From contig NC_013959.1 of NCBI RefSeq assembly GCF_000025705.1, forward strand, positions 827,063-859,062: a stretch of 32,000 nt of DNA, read 5' to 3'. How positions within the stretch are numbered: the stretch's first letter is position 1; every line of letters begins with the position of its first letter. The position numbers and the translations under genes were made by a program. Below, piece by piece: positions 28,572-32,000 of this stretch. Origin of the DNA: Sideroxydans lithotrophicus ES-1 (GTDB taxonomy: Bacteria; Pseudomonadota; Gammaproteobacteria; Burkholderiales; Gallionellaceae). The notes under the pieces were generated by a model, which had not been told where the DNA came from, searched no databases, and saw nothing but the letters and a program-made list of their open reading frames with translations.

Positions 28572-30146
28572 TCAGTTATCCCAGGACGTGTAGTTCAGCC
28601 TGTGGCAAGCAGTGCAGTCCTGGCTTGTGGTAGAGCGTTGGTGATTTCCCAGCGTCACCCTCTGTATATTTCCGAGATAGGCCGGCGCACTCGTGTCGTG
28701 GCAGGACTTGCAGATCGGCGAGACCTGGGCATGCAAGGTGGCTCCCGTTGCGACAGTGCCGGTGGCAAGATGGCACATTGCGCACGGCACTCCCGCGTTG
28801 AAGGGGATATGGTTAGCCGGCTCCGCTCCCAGTGCAGTTGTCCAGCTGGTGTAGTTGGGGGGCGTGTGGCAGGCAGTGCAGTCCTGGTTGGTAGTCGATC
28901 CCTGATGGCTACCCAGGGTTACCTTCGTTATGTTGCCCAGATAAGCCGGCGCACTCGTATCGTGGCAAGTCTTGCAGATCGGCGAGACCTGGGCATGCAA
29001 GGTGGCTCCCGTTGCGACAGTGCCAGATGCGAGATGGCACGTGGTGCACGGAGCTCCCGCATTGACGGGGATATGGTTGGCCGGCATTGTTCCCAGAGCT
29101 GTTGTCCAGCTCGTGTAATTGGGCGGTGTGTGGCAGGCAGTGCAGTCCTGAATGGCAGTCGAGCCCTGATGGTTGCCCAGTGTCACTTTCGTCATGTTTC
29201 CCAGATAGGCGGGCGAGTTCGTATCGTGACAAGTCTTGCAAGTTGGCGTGACCTGCGCATGCAGGGCGGCTCCGGTGATCCAGGTGGTTGGCGTCGGGTG
29301 GCAAGTGGCGCATGTCACTCCCGGATTAAACGGAATGTGATTGGCCGGCATGGCACCCATCGCACCCAGCCAGCTGACGGTGGTCGTGTGGCAGGTGATG
29401 CAGTCGTTGGTTGTCGCGACATGCCCGGCATTCTTTCCGGGCGCGTTGGAACCGTCGTGACAGCCCATGCAGACCCCTGCTGGAGACGGCCTGTCGTGAA
29501 TGAATGGAGCCGGGGTCCAGGTGTAAACGGTGTGGCACTCGTCGCAATTGAAGACATTCCTGTCCAGATAGGGCGTTGTTTGATGGTTCGCCGGTTTATA
29601 AAACTGGTTGGAGCCCTGCACGTGGCAGCCGGCGCTGGCGCAGGTATGGGGCGCCACACCGACATGGTTGAAACCGGCCGGATGCCAGACATATGACCGG
29701 TGGCAGTTATCGCAGGAACCGGTCAGCTTCAATCCTGAATTATGGTCTGCCGGACGGCCAGTCGTTATTCGCCCGTTATGGCAGGTCGCGCATTGTCCCG
29801 GCTTCGCTTCCCCATGGTTATACCGTGCTCCGAGGAACGTATATGTGTTGAAGTGGCAGGAATCGCAGGGTGCGTCGGTCACGATGTGCGTGGTGGGCTT
29901 AGGTGTCGCTACAACCCGCTTTCCCAGCGCATGACACGCGGAACAGTCCTTCGGCGTACCCTTGAACACGCCGCCGATGTGGCAACTTTCGCAGGCTGTC
30001 GTGGCGTGGGCGCCTTTTAGCTGGAATCCGGTGGCATCGTGGTTGAACTTTCGGCTGACCGACGGCTTGGCTGCCATCGCGTGCAATGAAAACACCATCA
30101 ACATCAAGGCAAACGCAGAGCACAGTGCTTGTCCAGGTCGTTGCAT
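28572..30146 (-). CDS. Multihaem c-type cytochrome, 17 CxxCH + 1 CxxxxCH (18 predicted haems), Thr/Ala/Gly/Asn/Pro-rich
   Basis: 524 aa. Signal peptide MQRPGQALCSAFALMLMVFSLHAMA. I counted CxxCH at aa 52, 68, 94, 119, 145, 201, 226, 249, 279, 303, 335, 367, 391, 423, 455, 479 and 511, plus CASAGCH at 169-175. GGAGGTGG RBS. Confidence 0.9.
   Translation of the reverse strand: MQRPGQALCSAFALMLMVFSLHAMAAKPSVSRKFNHDATGFQLKGAHATTACESCHIGGVFKGTPKDCSACHALGKRVVATPKPTTHIVTDAPCDSCHFNTYTFLGARYNHGEAKPGQCATCHNGRITTGRPADHNSGLKLTGSCDNCHRSYVWHPAGFNHVGVAPHTCASAGCHVQGSNQFYKPANHQTTPYLDRNVFNCDECHTVYTWTPAPFIHDRPSPAGVCMGCHDGSNAPGKNAGHVATTNDCITCHTTTVSWLGAMGAMPANHIPFNPGVTCATCHPTPTTWITGAALHAQVTPTCKTCHDTNSPAYLGNMTKVTLGNHQGSTAIQDCTACHTPPNYTSWTTALGTMPANHIPVNAGAPCTTCHLASGTVATGATLHAQVSPICKTCHDTSAPAYLGNITKVTLGSHQGSTTNQDCTACHTPPNYTSWTTALGAEPANHIPFNAGVPCAMCHLATGTVATGATLHAQVSPICKSCHDTSAPAYLGNIQRVTLGNHQRSTTSQDCTACHRLNYTSWDN
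28575..29366 (-). repeat. Three in-frame 264-bp (88-aa) tandem repeats, each encoding a trihaem module
   Basis: The marker agtgcagtcc recurs at 28611, 28875 and 29139 (spacing exactly 264 bp). Protein unit: PANHIPxNAGxPCxxCH...TGATLHAQVSPICKxCHDTSAPAYLGNIxxVTLGxHQxSTTxQDCTACH. Confidence 0.9.
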
Positions 30147-30188
30147 GATCCACCTCCATCAATTTCGGTTATTTCAAAAACCTCCCGA

Positions 30189-31772
30189 TCATTCATCGCG
30201 CGTGTTTAACACGCCGACTCTTATCTCTTTCCAATCGTTGCCTATGTGGCAACGCTCACAATGTTCGCCGAAGCTGCCGTTATGCACGTCGTCCTTGTCG
30301 TGACAGCTGTCGCAAGCAGTGGGTGCAACCACTTTCTTTTCCATCGGTGCGGAGTGGCAGACGTAACATTTGCCTGCAATTTCCTTGTGCGGTCCATCGA
30401 GCTTGAAACTGGTCTTGTCGTGGTCGAAATCCCAGGCCTTCCAGTCGCGCGCGTTGTGGCAGGTCTCGCATTCCGTCCCCAGCTTGCGCTTGTGCACATC
30501 GTCCTTGGTGTGGCACGACCGGCAATCCGTCTTGACCCCCTTGAACATTGGCGTGGCATGGCATTTCTTGCACGCCACCAGCAAGTGACGCCCGAGCAGC
30601 GGGAAAGTCGACATCAAGCTGTGGTCGAAAGTGGTCTTCGTCCACGCAATCTCGCTATGACAAGATTCGCATTTATCTCCCTCCTGGCCTTTGTGCTTGT
30701 CGTCCTTTTTGTGGCATGCGTCGCATTTGGCGGGCAATTTCTGCTTGTACAGGTCGCCCGTATGGCAACTCACGCATTTCGTCTGTCTGTGTTTTCCCAG
30801 TAGCGGGTATTTGGTTTCCTTGTCGTGATCGAAAATAATTTCCTTCCAGTTGCGTACGGTGTGACAGGATTCGCACTTCGTTCCGAATTTGCCCTTGTGC
30901 GCCTTGATTCCCTCTTTTCTGTGGCACGCGTTGCACAGCGTCGGTGTTTTCTTGAACTTGTCGTTGCTGTGGCATTTTTCGCACTTCACGTCCCGGTGTT
31001 TGCCCAGTAGCGGGAATTTGGTCTTGTCGTGATCGAAGCGGATTTCCTTCCAGCTCTTTTCGATGTGACACGATTCGCATTTCGGCCCCAATTTTCCCTT
31101 GTGCTTGTCGTTCTTCTTGTGACATGAGTTGCATGATGTCGGCGTCTCCTTGAACTTGTCGTTGTTGTGGCATTTTTCGCACTTCACGTCCCGGTGTTTG
31201 CCCAGTAGCGGAAACCTGGTCTTGTCGTGGTCGAACTGGATGTCTTTCCAGCTCTTGTCGATGTGACATGATTCGCATTTGGATCCCAATTTTCCTTTGT
31301 GTTTGTCATCCTTCTTGTGGCACGCGTCGCAACTGGTGGGCGCATCCCGGTATTTCTTTCCCGCCTTGTGGCAGCCGGTACATTTCACTTTCGGGTTGAG
31401 GTGGGCCCCCTTCAGCGGATAGTCGGTTTGGTCGTGATCGAACTTGCCACGGTCAAACTCGGCAATCTTTGCATCGCGACCCTTATGATCCGTATGGCAT
31501 TCCCTGCACTGTTTCGAGGGGTCCAACCGTCCGTGATAACCGCGTTTTTCGTCCAGATCCTTGTGTATCTCCTTGTGGCAATCGGCACACAGTGCCGACT
31601 GGGCTGCCTTGTCGAATTTCTTGTGGCACTTCTCGCAATCATCTTCCAGCTTCGCATGGCCTTCGATGACGTTGCCCGGCATCACCATAATGTCCGCTTG
31701 TGTTTTCATGGGCAGCGCCATCAGGGCGCTGCCCAGGACGATCGAGCGCAGGATCGCCGTTATCTGGTACAT
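30189..31772 (-). CDS. Multihaem c-type cytochrome, 21 CxxCH, polymer of seven cytochrome c7-like trihaem modules (Lys/Asp/His-rich)
   Basis: The maximal ORF extends to 31817 (GTG). I prefer the ATG at 31772 (MYQITAILRSIVLGSALMALPMKTQA signal peptide), just after the upstream stop at 31780. CxxCH at aa 61, 77, 104, 146, 163, 181, 213, 229, 247, 279, 295, 315, 348, 365, 383, 416, 432, 450, 484, 502 and 520 (numbered from 31817). Recurrent FDHDKTxFPLLGKH distal-His motif. Confidence 0.9.
   Translation of the reverse strand: MYQITAILRSIVLGSALMALPMKTQADIMVMPGNVIEGHAKLEDDCEKCHKKFDKAAQSALCADCHKEIHKDLDEKRGYHGRLDPSKQCRECHTDHKGRDAKIAEFDRGKFDHDQTDYPLKGAHLNPKVKCTGCHKAGKKYRDAPTSCDACHKKDDKHKGKLGSKCESCHIDKSWKDIQFDHDKTRFPLLGKHRDVKCEKCHNNDKFKETPTSCNSCHKKNDKHKGKLGPKCESCHIEKSWKEIRFDHDKTKFPLLGKHRDVKCEKCHSNDKFKKTPTLCNACHRKEGIKAHKGKFGTKCESCHTVRNWKEIIFDHDKETKYPLLGKHRQTKCVSCHTGDLYKQKLPAKCDACHKKDDKHKGQEGDKCESCHSEIAWTKTTFDHSLMSTFPLLGRHLLVACKKCHATPMFKGVKTDCRSCHTKDDVHKRKLGTECETCHNARDWKAWDFDHDKTSFKLDGPHKEIAGKCYVCHSAPMEKKVVAPTACDSCHDKDDVHNGSFGEHCERCHIGNDWKEIRVGVLNTRDE
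30912..31307 (-). repeat. Two near-identical in-frame 198-bp (66-aa) tandem units inside the 21-haem gene
   Basis: gtggcatttttcgcacttcacgtcccggtgtttgcccagtagcgg occurs at 30969 and at 31167 (198 bp apart). The units encode DKHKGKLGSKCESCHIDKSWKDIQFDHDKTRFPLLGKHRDVKCEKCHNNDKFKETPTSCNSCH and DKHKGKLGPKCESCHIEKSWKEIRFDHDKTKFPLLGKHRDVKCEKCHSNDKFKKTPTLCNACH. Confidence 0.9.
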
Positions 31773-31779
31773 CCCGACT

Positions 31780-32000
31780 TCAATAGGCATGTACCGCGTA
31801 AACATGGTAGAGCGCACTGAATACCATCATGTAAACCAGCGGAATGTGGAAGATGTGCCACCACGAAAACATGCGCTCGTAGGTTCCGAATTGCGCCACA
31901 TTCCGCATTGCCTTGAGATAGGACTCGATTGATTCTCGATAATCGTGCACTTTTTTTTCCATGTCCGCGCGTTGCGCCTCGCTGTAGTGTTGGGTCTTGG
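31780..32000 (-). CDS. Membrane protein, C-terminal fragment (N-terminus beyond the window); first gene of the cytochrome cluster
   Basis: The frame stays open upstream of the listed Met to the window edge (KTQHYSEAQRAD-MEKKVHDY...). It ends with a His-rich hydrophobic helix, MFSWWHIFHIPLVYMMVFSALYHVYAVHAY. The stop lies 7 nt before the preferred start of the 21-haem gene. Confidence 0.55.
   Translation of the reverse strand, partial: KTQHYSEAQRADMEKKVHDYRESIESYLKAMRNVAQFGTYERMFSWWHIFHIPLVYMMVFSALYHVYAVHAY

Noticed and set aside
28602-29696. 364-aa plus-strand ORF opposite the 18-haem cytochrome gene
   Set aside because: The minus strand carries 17 CxxCH motifs, a signal peptide and an RBS. 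The plus-strand product is a repetitive Arg/Gly/Ser-rich artefact of the same tandem repeats.
28575-31307. Regularly spaced DNA repeats (264-bp and 198-bp periods) as a possible CRISPR or satellite array
   Set aside because: The repeats are in frame within coding sequence and encode haem-binding modules. There is no repeat-spacer structure and there are no cas genes.

Overview
This is a high-GC proteobacterial chromosomal segment. By gene content it looks like a diazotrophic, Gallionellaceae-like (Sideroxydans/Gallionella-type) betaproteobacterium; that assignment is inference only. Contents from left to right follow. (1) 1-7043, minus strand: a translationally coupled aerotolerance-type operon, moxR - DUF58 - DUF4381 - batA - batB - batC - batD. 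The batD gene runs off the left edge and is missing from the ORF track. (2) About 7150-13050: a roughly 5.9 kb stretch of visibly lower GC with no integrase or tRNA. It carries a two-gene unknown module (257 aa Zn-ribbon-like protein plus an 84 aa protein), an OLD-like ABC-ATPase/Toprim gene followed directly by a Dam-type (D12 class) N6-adenine methylase, and a solo nucleotidyltransferase-fold gene. (3) 13053-17205, minus strand: nif regulatory genes. nifL and nifA overlap by 8 nt, and a sigma54-driven Nif11 - hypothetical - DUF1289 mini-operon follows. (4) 17206-17460: a divergent control region with two back-to-back sigma54 promoters, one NifA-type UAS and one NtrC-type site. (5) 17461-23345, plus strand: rnfABCDGEH, punctuated by three different palindromic repeat families. 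A cation/proton antiporter and a membrane-anchored ferredoxin-fused flavoprotein follow. (6) 26210-32000, minus strand: a four-gene putative extracellular-electron-transfer cluster. Its order is a membrane protein (partial), a 21-haem cytochrome built of 7 trihaem c7-like modules, an 18-haem Thr/Ala/Gly-rich cytochrome with three 264-bp tandem repeats, and a large AMIN-like/TPR/beta-barrel outer-membrane protein. Most long ORFs antisense to these genes are GC-driven shadow ORFs. The two best candidates for something under-described are the multihaem/porin cluster and the OLD-like nuclease plus methylase pair in the low-GC island.
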